Assembly (NCBI GenBank): GCA_002269645.1
Contig: NIVC01002176.1
Location: forward strand, 124,001-188,000
DNA: 64,000 nt
DNA from: Macrostomum lignano
Lineage: Eukaryota
Direction: 5' to 3'
The notes under the pieces are model-generated. The model saw only the letters and a list, made by a program, of their open reading frames with translations. It searched no databases and was not told the origin of the DNA. Numbering within the stretch: the first letter of the stretch is position 1; each line of letters starts with the position of its first letter. Both the position numbers and the translations under genes were made by a program. This document shows positions 10,520 to 21,914 of this stretch, one piece after another.

Positions 10520-12300
10520 GTTACTCTCTGAGTAAGGTGTGTTAGACGCGCCGGAGGGTGCCGATGTACATATCGCTGTACTTTTGCGGGGGGTTGAGCT
10601 GTGGGGGTGTTGGCCGCGCCGGCCAGGTTAAAGCCTCTACACCCGGCCCAGCTTGGCTCCGCCGCAATTTCTCAATTTTTTAGGCTTTGTGACCGCGCTT
10701 TGATGAGGAGTTTGCCATGGAGACTGACAGCAGCCGGTCAGGCGCAGCCGCAGTCATCTGGGGTGCCGAGAGTTTCTGGAGTGCCATCGACTGGGAGCTG
10801 GACTGCGGTGGTGTGTTCAAAGATGTTCATATCAACTTCAAGGAGGCTCTGGCACCTTTGCTGACTATCCTGCACCGTCGCTCTCAGCTGAAAAACTGCA
10901 AGATTGTCATCTTCACTGACAGCACCGCAGTGGCTGGCATGATCAATCGGCTGAGCTGTCGTGACCCGCGGTTCCTGCAGGTGTACCAGACTGTGGCTCT
11001 GCTGTGCATCAGGAACAGCATCAGTTTGGAGGCCTTTCACCTTACTGGTCGCATGCAGATTTTTGCTGATGCCGCCTCCCGCATGTTTGCCTCGCAGTCT
11101 GAGCTCATTAACTTTCGTTGCCGCTACTACCGTACGCGCGTGATCTGCCCGCTTGAGTTCGCGTCGCACGCGCTCTCTGCCGCTTTCCGATCTCGCCTCC
11201 TTTTGCAGGTCGCCCTCGCCCTCCGGAGACGCCGCCCCACCCCCCGCGCTGTGTCCGCCGGACACCTGTGCCGCCTCGGCCTGGCGGAGAACTCCTGGCG
11301 ATCCTACCTCAGCCAGCTGCGCTCCTGGGAAGCCTTCTGTGCTAGCGCAGGCCGCCCTTCATCTCCAGCTGACGGTGACCTGCTCTGCCGCTACATTGCG
11401 CACCTGGTGAGCACCCGGCTCCGGTCCTTCTCCAGCCTCCGATCCTACGTCCATGCCGTCTCTTTTCTGCACCAAGCCACCAGCACCCCCGACCCAGCAA
11501 AAGACTTCACCGTGCAGCTGGCCCTCGCGGCGCCAAACGTCATCTGGGCCTGCGATGCAAACAGGCGAAGCCGCTGACCATCGAGCACCTCAAGAGCATC
11601 CATCAGCAGCTCCCGCGCTCCATCTCAAGCGCAGATCTCAGGGCCGCCTTCTGGGCGGCTCTTCTGGTGGGCTGGTGGGGTATGTTGCGCCTTGGCGACT
11701 TCCTATCGACCCGCGGCAGCCGCTCTGTCTCGCGGGACTGCCTGTCGGCTTCATCTGGCTGCTGGAAGTTGGCCCTCCCTAAGTCCAAGACCAACCAGTT
11801 CGGGTCGACGCCGCATGTCGTTCTTCTGCCACCTGTTCAAGAGTCACTACTCTGCCCTGTGCGCGCTCTGCGGTCTCACCTGCACCTGTCACCAGCCAGC
11901 GACCCAAGGGCGCCACTCTTTGGCTACGGCCTCGGAGGCGAGCTCTCAGCCAGCCAGCTCATCAGCTGTCTTCGTGCGTGTCTGGCTGCGTGCGGCCTTC
12001 CAGCTGCTGGTTTCTCCGGCCACAGCATCCGGCGTGGGGGTGCCAGCTTCTGCCATCAAATCGGCTTGTCAGATTCGGACGTTCGGGCTCTTGGGGGCTG
12101 GAGGTCGGACGCTGTTCTCCGCTACTTTTCTGCCAGCTCTGCCCTGTCGCGCCGCCAGCGCTCTGCTTCTTTCATGGCTTCGCAGCTGCAGGCTGCGTCC
12201 ACCTGACTGCCTTCCCGCTTTTACTCCTTCCCTTCGCCATCATTGGGGTTGGGATCCGCTTTCTCGGCCGCTGCCTGCTTTTCGCAACTGATTTGTCTCA
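10520..12300 (+). mobile_element. Tyrosine-recombinase retroelement remnant (Ngaro/DIRS-like): RNase H + YR, no gag or RT seen
   Basis: DIRS-type RNase H (HINFKEALA..VIFTDSTAV..INR..FHLTG..ADAASR). SAM-like YR N-terminus (LAENSWRSY..WEAFC). Catalytic R (MLRLGD), K (KSKTNQ), HSIRR, GGW and Y (LRYF). One frameshift at ~11530. Element ends are approximate. Confidence 0.85.
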
Positions 12301-13616
12301 TTAGGCTCCTTCCGGCGTGTTTAACGAAAATTTTCATGTTTAACTTGAGCTGATTTTTGCGTTTATTTAAAAAAATGAAGTTTATGCGGAGAAAACGGGT
12401 TTATTGGGTAGAGAACATGTTAGCATGCAGCCCCCCACTAATTTTCAAGCACGAACTGATGATTTGCTGAATAAGACAAAAATCCTAATGTGGTTTCATG
12501 CTGTAAAATCTTCGTCAAGTCGGAGGTTTTAAGTTGATATAAGTGGCTGATATTGGAGTCAAAATCATTAAAATGATTGATCTGTGACGTTTATCAGTGT
12601 TACTTGATTTACTTGACTAGGCTGTAGGGGGGCTTCGGATACGCGAGGAGGAGTTCAGCGCCCACTCAATTTAAGCCCGGTGGGCCATGGCAGCTGGTGC
12701 TGCCGGTCCCGCAGGGAGCTCTGGTGTGCCTGTTTCCACAGCTCGGTCCCTCTTCGTAGAGTCCAGAGTCGCTCGTATGGTAGCCCCTAGGTAGCGGACG
12801 AGCTGTTAGAAATTCCTTGACCTAAAAACATCGGAAAGGTCCGGGTTTGGGCCGAGGTAATTGAGAGCTTATTCTGAGTAAAGGTTGCAGATGAAGTGCT
12901 CTGCATTCTCAATACCTGAGAGGCAGAATGGGCATTCCTAACAGCGGATTCTACCTTGGAGGTAGCGATGCTTGGCAAGACAGCCATTTATCCGAGTTAT
13001 TAAATGACTCAAAATCTAACAGTTGATATTAGAAAAAGTCTGCCGGTAACAGAATGGAAAATTATTCTGAAAAGTGAAGAAAACTACACAGCTTCCTTCA
13101 AGAACACCCGGCAACACCTCCCGCAGGCTTCTCCGCCATCCACTCGCTCAGACAGGGCGGCGCCACCCTCAGAGTGGAGATGAAGCTGTGGAAGGCAGGG
13201 TGGCTGTGTGCACCCTGGCGCACTTTAGGCGACATTTTTGCACTGCTGGCGAGAGGCATAACTGCCTATTCCGCCTACTTATTAAAGCAATAAACTGAAG
13301 AGACAAACTCATGTCAATAGAAATTGGTATTTAAAATGAGTTTCCTCATTTCGCTACGCACTCATCTTCATTCTGTATTCATATAGCAGTTCGAAAGAAA
13401 ACTTTTTGAAGTATTTTCTCGTAAATATCGTTGTACCTGTCAAATAAGCATAGGACTAATTGGTTGATACACTAAAGAAAAAACAGAAAATTGCTTAAGA
13501 TTCAAAATCAACGCGTAACAATGAGCAGTGAGCGCCCTGGACAAAGGGTTTCCATGAGAAACTGGTTCGCATGCAGTTCCTTATAGGAATGCCTGTCCGC
13601 TCCTTTCTGATTTCAC

Positions 13617-14069
13617 TCATTCGTCACTCATCGCGTTCATCTCCTGCCATCCATAGCAGCCAACTCGACCCTTCTGCACCTTTGAGTCGCGAAGCATTCT
13701 TAAACCGGCCATCTGAGCAGCTGCCACCAGAGCGGTAAGCAGTAGGCACCAGATGGCCCTCGCGATATCCTCACGACCGAAAGCAGACGCACTGCCTCCG
13801 TCCTGAGCTGCTCTTCGGGAGTCCATCGTTTCCGTCCTGTCCCTTACAGAGTCGCTCATGATGATGAAAGAGTCCTCAAAGACGTCTGACACCGGCTGGA
13901 CTGGCCGCTGACTGATCTGCTGCCTGATGGCGGTGAAGGCCAGCACAGCAGTTGAAATCGCAGCCCAGATGAACAGGCAGATGCGGGCTTTGGTGGCGAA
14001 CTGGCTGACCCGCCTATTCGTCATATTCGCAATGCCAGCGCGTTGCGGGGTTTGGATGAATCTCGGCAA
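13617..14069 (-). CDS. Possible 150-aa protein or exon with two hydrophobic segments, function unknown
   Basis: ATG-initiated non-repetitive ORF with two TM-like stretches (ICLFIWAAISTAVLAFTAI; AIWCLLLTALVAAAQMAGL); no recognisable family. Confidence 0.3.
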   Translation of the reverse strand: MPRFIQTPQRAGIANMTNRRVSQFATKARICLFIWAAISTAVLAFTAIRQQISQRPVQPVSDVFEDSFIIMSDSVRDRTETMDSRRAAQDGGSASAFGREDIARAIWCLLLTALVAAAQMAGLRMLRDSKVQKGRVGCYGWQEMNAMSDE

Positions 14070-15488
14070 TGCGAACTGGGCTTTCTGTCTTGGGAGCGGT
14101 GTTTTAAGCAGCTCTGGTGAGGCCTTGACCGTGCCTGGCCTTGAGCACCGGCCAAGTTACTGCAACTGGGCGGGACGATGAAGCCGCTAGCGAACTGGAA
14201 GTTAGAGCAAGGCTTTCACATTTCATGCCTTTAGAATAGGCTTAGATTTTACGGACAAGAGTTTCCGAGCGCCTCATACATTTGCAGCTTTCTCAGGCCC
14301 TAAAGACTTTACGGCTGTCCCACTGAAACTGTAAAATGCGAAAATGATTACCTCCAAGGCTCATGGTACCTGCTTATACGAGTGTATGTATGGATAAATA
14401 TGGTGTATGAGCTCAAGAGCAGATAAGCGGTAAAAGCGTCTTGACTAAACTCGCCACGAACCTTGGTTCTGCCATGAGTGAATCGGTGGCAACAGCTGAG
14501 TGGTGGCAGGGTAAACTTTCTATTACTGTCTGAGCAAGAGCGGACGCTTTATGCTCGTATCATTATTTAACGTGGTGTCAAAATTTAATTTTAGCCTACA
14601 TACCATCTGGGAGTCCAAGATAAAATGGATCTCCAGATGTTTCTAGTCGACTCGTCCAACAAGGTATCGATTACATTGCAGTCGGTTCGGCAGGGAGCGT
14701 TTGAGCTGACTGAGACGTAAAGCTGACACCTGGCCGAGGATATCATCACGACGACGGGGGAGCACGAGATGTTCTGCGAGATGTTCCCCGCAGGCAGATT
14801 TCCCGCGGCGAAGTTTTCCCACCGAGGTTTTGGCGCCCTTCTAGAGCCTAGAGAGAATCTGGAAGGAAAGACTTGCTGCGGGAGAACCACAAGCAAGCAA
14901 CTTCGGCAGCGGGGGAAACTGAAACATGAGAAAGAGCAAGGACTGCGGCAGCCTCAAAAATGCGGCTAGCTGCTACTTCATCATCTGGGCTTGGCTCTCA
15001 TCCACTGACTCCAGGCTGACTCATTCTGCCTCGCTTTTAGCTCTGCTGCAAACAGGACATACCTGCGACAGCCTCCCCCAGATTGCTGATCCTCTGCCTC
15101 ATCAGCTTCGGACTGCAGACCCTCTGAGAATGAGTCCCAACTCAAATACAGTGTACAATACAGAACGGTTAATTCATTAAGTTTTAAAAGCGTTGAAAAA
15201 ATGCAGCTAAAGTCTTATTAATTTATCTATATAGCTCATATAAGGATAGAAAAAATTTCAACTGCTGCGATAGCTAAAATGTCTATCAAATGTGCTAAAA
15301 TTTAAGCTGCATTATTGATGGAGCCTGAGCGCTGGATGCTGCATTGTTTGACGCATTATGCACGAGTACACTCTAGCTCCTCTGCCCCTGGATTGATGCT
15401 GTGGGCAAGAGTTGAGGCTGAGGGTAGAGAACTTAGCAGAGGGAATGGATAGAATTTAGATGTAGATTCAGTATTTTTCTAAAATCGA

Positions 15489-15489
<1 letters not shown>

Positions 15490-15522
<33 letters not shown>
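15490..15522. repeat. (CA)n microsatellite
   Basis: Pure CA run. Confidence 0.95.
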
Positions 15523-15526
<4 letters not shown>

Positions 15527-15879
15527 CGACAGACCATTTTTAGCATATGGATGGAATTCATCTATAACTTGTGTAGCGCGGAGTCATTTAAAGATGGAAA
15601 AAATATGGAAAATGAATATCTCCCCAACCCCGGCTTCCAACTCAACTTGAGTAGGGGATTCTAAGCCTCGCGAAGCCGTGTCCAGTAAAGGTGGGGCAGA
15701 GAAACGGGAGGGTGGGACGCTTCCGTTGCCTGACAACCGCTTATTTCCAAACTCTTAGGGGGTAGCAGATACCATACTTCAAAAGCCCCGTCCAGAGCTG
15801 ACTTTCCGTCACGGAACATCTCGCAACAGGAAATTCAAACATCAATTGCAAATGTTTGCCTAAGTAACTCCCACCTGCA

Positions 15880-17935
15880 ATGAAACTGACAGCTAAGCAT
15901 TCCGAGCTGCTGCAGCTGCTTCTGTGGAAGCTGCTCACGGGTGAGTCGGTGTGGAAGCGGTACCAACTTGTTAGAGAGACTTCCCATAGTGACACAGATG
16001 ACAATATTACTCCATCACTCTATCCATTTCTTGATTGCTTGAAGAGATTTCATTCATTTCCTAAATTCGTATCAGTACAACATCAATTAAATAAAACTCA
16101 AAGCCTAATGAATCGTTGCTACTTACATATTTTTTAAAGCTGTGTCCTTCGCCTACGGCTGTCAGCCACCAACGCTGAAGCTCACGACGTTCCCCGGCTG
16201 CCCGGCCGACCCCGGCTCCGGGTGGCGGTCTCTGCAGCCGGTCACCAAGCAGCAGTGCGCGATGCTCTGCGCCAAGCAGTCCTGTTGCGCAGCTCTGAGC
16301 TTGGATGCTGCCAGCACCGCTGATGGCATCGAGCAGCTCGGTGAGTGCCGACTGTTCACTGCGGAGACCGCGCTGCTCGGCTGGAATTCGTCCTGTGGCG
16401 GACAGTCCGGTCTGGCGTCCAGCGACAGGCTGAGCAGCTTCCGCACTGGTGAGACCGGTGTTCTGTTTTCAGTTTTTGCAGGACTCGTGTTGATCAAACT
16501 CACTTTGGCCTTTTCAGAGTACCTTGCGGCTCGAAATGTGACTCTGAAGCGGGTTCACATTCCCAACAACTCGGTGAAGATCTTCGCTGCCTTCCTTCAG
16601 CACCAGCCGGCTGCCTCATCGCTCATTGGCTGCGTTGCCAAGTGCAGCGAGTTGCCGGCCTGTCGCGGGATTGTGTTCAACTCCAGCAACTGCTCTCTGC
16701 TCACCGACTACCCGCTGTGCCGCTGGTTCGAGCAGCCTCCGGGCAGCTCTGAGCTGGCCGTCTATGTGAGTGTTGGGAAAGCAGTGCTGGATCGGTGAAA
16801 TCATTTAGGCACTTTTATGGATAGCCGATCTAATAAATCGTTTGAATTTGAAACGCAGGAGTTCTACACTGTGGGTACTCAGCAGTGCTTCGAGACCGTC
16901 AACCTTCGAGTGTCGGACGCACTGAGCTTTGACCGGCTCTGGGCCGAGTACAAGACCGGCTTCGGCACCTATCACGGCAACTACTTTGCTGGTGAGTCAC
17001 TTGGGCTTTTATCTAGAGTTTCTGGTAGAGCTTAAGTGAACGTATTGTTATCATTGAAATAACATTGTTATCATGTTTTCTACAATATGAATTTACCTTT
17101 TTGTTTACAATATAACTTTAATTTTGAATTTCTGAGAAGGAACTTTTAAATTGCTAGCAAAAAATCCATATTCACTTGCAGAATACGAGCTACACTACTA
17201 CTAGTAGTATTTTGCATTTGTAAAATGTTTAGTTTACTGATTCCATCTGACTTAACTAATATCTAATCTCGTTTGTCAAAGTCCAGATTTGTTTTCCTTG
17301 TGCAACGCAACTCGCGATGTGCAAGCTTTGCTTTGCAGTTAAAATGAGAAACATAGAGGTATACACTGTATTTACACATAGGAACGTGACGAATGAGTTT
17401 GTAAACACTTCAAAAATTGAATCTCATTGTGAGGAAGTTTTAGAGTGAGCCAACAAAAATTTATTTACATTCAGGTCTGGAGTGGCTGCACGCCCGGACC
17501 AGCGCTCAGCCCATCAACAACCGGTTCCGCGTCGACCTGCTGTACTGGAACGACGCCTACATCTACGCCTACTACCTGAACGTGCTCATTCTGGCCGAGA
17601 GCACCAACTATACGGTGTCTGAATTCACGTTTGAGCCTGCTGGAGGTCTTCACCAGAACTTGTTCGGTGGCAATAACATCCAGTTTCAGACTCGAGATCG
17701 TGGCTTGAGTACCTGCAGTTATGGACAGAACTGTGCCCAAATGTTCCAGCCTCAGTGGCACACATGCTGCCATGCCTCAGGTCCGTTCGGCAAGTACTTC
17801 AACTACCCGACAGCGCTGAATGTGTCAGCTGCAGACCGAGCCAAGGGCATCGTTTGGGCTTCAAATGCTCCAACAAACATTACTGACGGGCACTACTACA
17901 GCTTCAAGCAGCTGGAGATTCTCATGCTCACCTAA
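15880..17935 (+). CDS. Secreted PAN-PAN-FReD protein, family I copy 3 (5 exons: 15880-15940, 16140-16448, 16518-16765, 16859-16991, 17475-17935)
   Basis: Inverted paralogue of copy 1. All GT-AG junctions are in frame, and the first exon MKLTAKHSELLQLLLWKLLT splices in phase 1 to AVSFAYGCQPP. The first-exon assignment is less certain than the rest. Confidence 0.85.
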
Positions 17936-18424
17936 AAGTCTGCAATGTTACCAGCGTCCGAATATTGCATTGTCTTACGGAGCTTGTGTTTTGCGATACG
18001 GCTATGCTGAGACTGTTCCGACTTTGTTATCGAGTCGTCCAACTGCAGTTTAACTTGTAATTGTTTTGAAAACTGCATGCGGCCTTCCTAATTCCTTCCT
18101 ACAAATCGCTGAAGTAACGGTGGCAAACAGATGTGCTGATGCGCAACGCCTTGCAGTCACGCAACTTCTTCATCCCTAATTCGCTTCTGTCCCTTCATCT
18201 TCTATACTTTTTAATTGACTGCTAATTATCATCACATTGCGCCTCACTATTTCACCCCCACACCTTTGTGATAATACCTTCTCTCTTCTTTTAAAACTCT
18301 TCTCTGAATCAAGAACTCAGAGCAACGCTTGAAAATGTTACTTTCTCTTGGAACTACTAAAAATATTACCAATTATGCTCTCAAATTTCTTATCAGCCTT
18401 AATTTTGATTTATTGAAGTTTTGT

Positions 18425-19590
18425 AGTGCTGTAGCTGTGTGCTGTAGGTGTGTGTGCTGTAACTGTGTGCTGTAACTGTGTGCTGTAGCTGTGTGCTGTA
18501 GCTGTGTGTGCTGTAGCTGTGTGTGCTGTAGCTGTGTGTGCTGTAGCTGTGTGCTGTAGCTGTGTGTGCTGTAGCTGTGTGTGCTGTAGCTGTGTGTGCT
18601 GTAGCTGTGTGCTGTAGCTGTGTGTGCTGTAGCTGTGTGCTGTAGCTGTGTGTGCTGTAGCTGTGTGTGCTGTAACTGTGTGCTGTAACTGTGTGCTGTA
18701 GCTGTGTGCTGTAGCTGTGTGTGCTGTAGCTGTGTGTGCTGTAGCTGTGTGTGCTGTAGCTGTGTGCTGTAGCTGTGTGTGCTGTAGCTGTGTGTTCTGT
18801 AGCTGTGTGTGCTGTAACTGTGTGTGCTTTAGCTGTGTGCTGTAGCTGTGTGTGCTGTAGCTGTGTATGCTGTAGCTGTGTGCTGTAGCTGTGTGTGCTG
18901 TAGCTGTGTATGCTGTAGCTGTGTGCTGTAGCTGTGTGCTGTAGCTGTGTGTGCTGTAGCTGTGTGCTGTAGCTGTGTGTGCTGTAGCTGTGTGTGCTGT
19001 AGCTGTGTGTGCTGTAGCTGTGTGTGCTGTAGCTGTGTGTGCTGTAGCTGTGTGTGCTGTAGCTGTGTGTGCTGTAGCTGTGTGTGCTGTAGCTGTCTGC
19101 TGTAGCTGAGTGTGCTGTAGCTGTGTATGTTGTAGCTGCGTGTGCTGTAGCTGAGTGTGCTGTAGCTGTGTGCTTTAGCTGTGTGTGCTGTAGCTGTGTG
19201 CTGTAGCTGTGTATGCTGTAGCTGTGTGTGCTGTAGCTGTGTATGTTGTAGCTGTGTGTGCTGTAGCTGAGTGTGCTGTAGCTGTGTGCTGTAGCTGTGT
19301 GTGCTGTAGCTGTGTGTGCTGTAGCTGTGTGTGCTGTAGGTGTGTGTGCTGTAGCTGTGTGTGCTGTAGCTGTGTGTGCTGTAGCTGTGTGTGCTGTAGC
19401 TGTGTGTGCTGTAGCTGTGTGTGCTGTAGCTGTGTGCTGTAGCTGTGTGTGCTGTAGCTGTGTGTGCTGTAGCTGTGTGTGCTGTAGCTGTGTGTGCTGT
19501 AGCTGTGTGTGCTGTAGCTGTGTGTGCTGTAGCTGTGTGTGCTGTAGCTGTGTGTGCTGTAGCTGTGTGTGCTGCTTTTGGGTGTGCTGT
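18425..19590. repeat. 13/15-bp minisatellite (CTGTAGCTGTGTG[TG]), ~1.16 kb
   Basis: Tandem units with a variable TG dinucleotide count. Confidence 0.96.
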
Positions 19591-19971
19591 AGATAAGTTA
19601 CTATTTAATTGAAGAACAAATAGTTTTGACACCTTCCTCACTACTGTTGAGAAGCCTAGTGGTCAGCAGTGATTTCCGACTCGAATGTGCATTCAGTGTT
19701 TGCTGTCTGCAGGTCTTGATAGCCGTAAAATTTTCATTTATCTGGACGTGTAATACAGCCAGCGTTTAGATGCACGTCAACGTTTTTAAAAAATTAATTT
19801 GAATATTTGTGAAATTTTCTTTTTGTTTATAATTTTCCAAATGAGATGAGAAGATAAACAGCATAATCGTTTAAAATGCTTTTTTTGTCGTGGCAACAGA
19901 AAAATATTCATGCAAGAGAAATTTTCAGGTTTGGGTTTTTGTTCAGAAATTTTTTTAGAAATATTTATTTT

Positions 19972-20500
19972 GCTCATGCTCATGCTCATGCTCATGCTCA
20001 TGCTCATGCTCATGCTCATGCTCATGCTCATGCTCATGCTAACGTTAATGCTCATGCTCATGTTCACTCTCATGCTCATGCTCATGTTCACTCTCAGGCT
20101 CATGCTCATGTTCACTCTCATGCTCATGCTCATGTTCACTCTCATGCTCATGCTCATGGTCATACTCACGCTCATGCTCATGCTAAAGTTAATGCTCATG
20201 CTCATGCTCATGGTCATACTCACGCTCACGCTCATGCTAAAGTTAATGCTCATGCTCATGCTCATGGTCATACTCACGCTCATGCTCATGCTAAAGTTAA
20301 TGCTCATGCTCATGCTCATGGTCATACTCACGCTCATGCTCATGCTAAAGTTAATGCTCATGCTCATGCTCATGGTCATACTCACGCTCATGCTCATGCT
20401 AAAGTTAATGCTCATGCTCATGCTCATGGTCATACTCACGCTCATGCTCATGGTCATACTCACGCTCATGCTCATGCTAAAGTTAATGCTCATGCTCATG
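19972..20500. repeat. (GCTCAT)n hexamer array with 30-bp and 54-bp higher-order units
   Basis: Pure hexamer run, then 30-bp units, then ~6 copies of a 54-bp unit (AHAHAHGHTHAHAHAKVN in one frame). Confidence 0.93.
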
Positions 20501-21914
20501 CACAATCGTGTGCGCAGGTAGGGTACTAAAATATATTCATGCCTCATAAGTTATAGTAATTCCACTGACATAAGAGATCTGCTCAGCCGCCAGCTTACCG
20601 AGGCAAGCAGCAGGTAGCGAACAGCCAATACAATACTGTTGTTTTGCGAACGGCAGAACCCAGCGTGAGGTCCTCACCTTCGCCGAGAGCGTTTAATTAA
20701 CACTGCAGTTTCTTGTCGCAAGCTGCCACTTCAGTCCGACCGACAGGTTCTGTATAGCGGCTACCTTGGAGTTGGTAGTAGCCCACCCGCGGGGTCGTGA
20801 AATCTTTTAATTGTAGGATGTTGGTCAGCAACTACGAGAACACTGCGAAATGCTAAATGCTAAATGCTAAATGCTATTTGTTTGCTGTAAAAGAACTAAC
20901 CAGATTTGAATTGAATGTTGATGCAAAAATTCATGCACTACAGTGTATAAAATGACTTTCGAAGCTAGAAACAACCTTCAATGAAAATGAGTCAACTCTA
21001 TAGTTGTCCATGCCATTGCTAAATAGCATTTATCGCTATATAGTAGAAACATTATTCTACAGAGTACAACTGCGCAGCCCCGATGCAGAAGCATTCTCAA
21101 CTCAAGCAAAGTCACGTAACCGCATCGGGCGCCACCTGGCACCGCTGAGGCAGCCATGAGAAAGGCTGACCTACTGAGTGTGTTTACATTCACGTGCGGT
21201 CCCTTGACTTTCCTTGCTACTCTGCTGAGCTCTGGGACTCCCAGAACGCGGCCGACGCCGGGGAGGGTTTTTAGAAAGACTTTCGCAGAAAGTCGAACAA
21301 ATTAAAATAATGAGAAAAGAATATCTAGCTCAAGTAGAGGCGGCGCTGCAATTCAGAGCTTGAGAGTTTAACTGCTGGCTCGAGTAGGGAGTGGTGGGTG
21401 ACTGTCCGCCCCCCTAACAATGCCTCTCGTCTCTGCAGCTTCTCAGGCTACATCTGCTACTCGCAGCATGGGGCCAGCTCTGCTCTCTGCCTTTCTCGAG
21501 TCAGGGCCCCGCAAGATTTGTTTTTTCAAGCGGAATCTCAACCCTCTCGCCAGCACCAGCCGAGCTCCTCTACCCACTGCCGCCCGCCAATCGCTACTTT
21601 GCTTTGAAACCTTTTTGGGACTGCTCAAAAAATGAAACAGAACAGAACGCAAAACCCCAAATGCAGCAGCAGCCCAACCGTCGCCTCTAAACAGTAGCCG
21701 GCTATTATAGTTGTAATAAAACTGCCTGTCTTCGAGGGGCCAGTCAGAAGCGCAGCGGTGAGAAAGACAGAAAAAAGGGGCGAGTCAGAGAAGATTGACA
21801 GACCTATATTGCATTCCAAACTAAGGTGAGCTGCCTACAGGCGATTAAGCAGACAAAAGGCAGTGAAATCAATTGCGACAAACCTCTGCTGTTGAGACTG
21901 ATGGCACGCTAGAC

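Noticed and set aside
12600-12990. Additional RTE-like 3' fragment on the minus strand
   Set aside because: Only faint resemblance (CLPSIATSKVESAVRNAHSA); no diagnostic motif to support a feature call
16817-16858. Intronic ATG in frame with the FReD exons (MDSRSNKSFEF..), suggesting a FReD-only isoform
   Set aside because: Not conserved in intact copy 1 (indel, no ATG); no promoter evidence
18829-19641. Long HTATA/LQHTQ/VCCSC ORFs
   Set aside because: Frame-shifting translations of the 13/15-bp array
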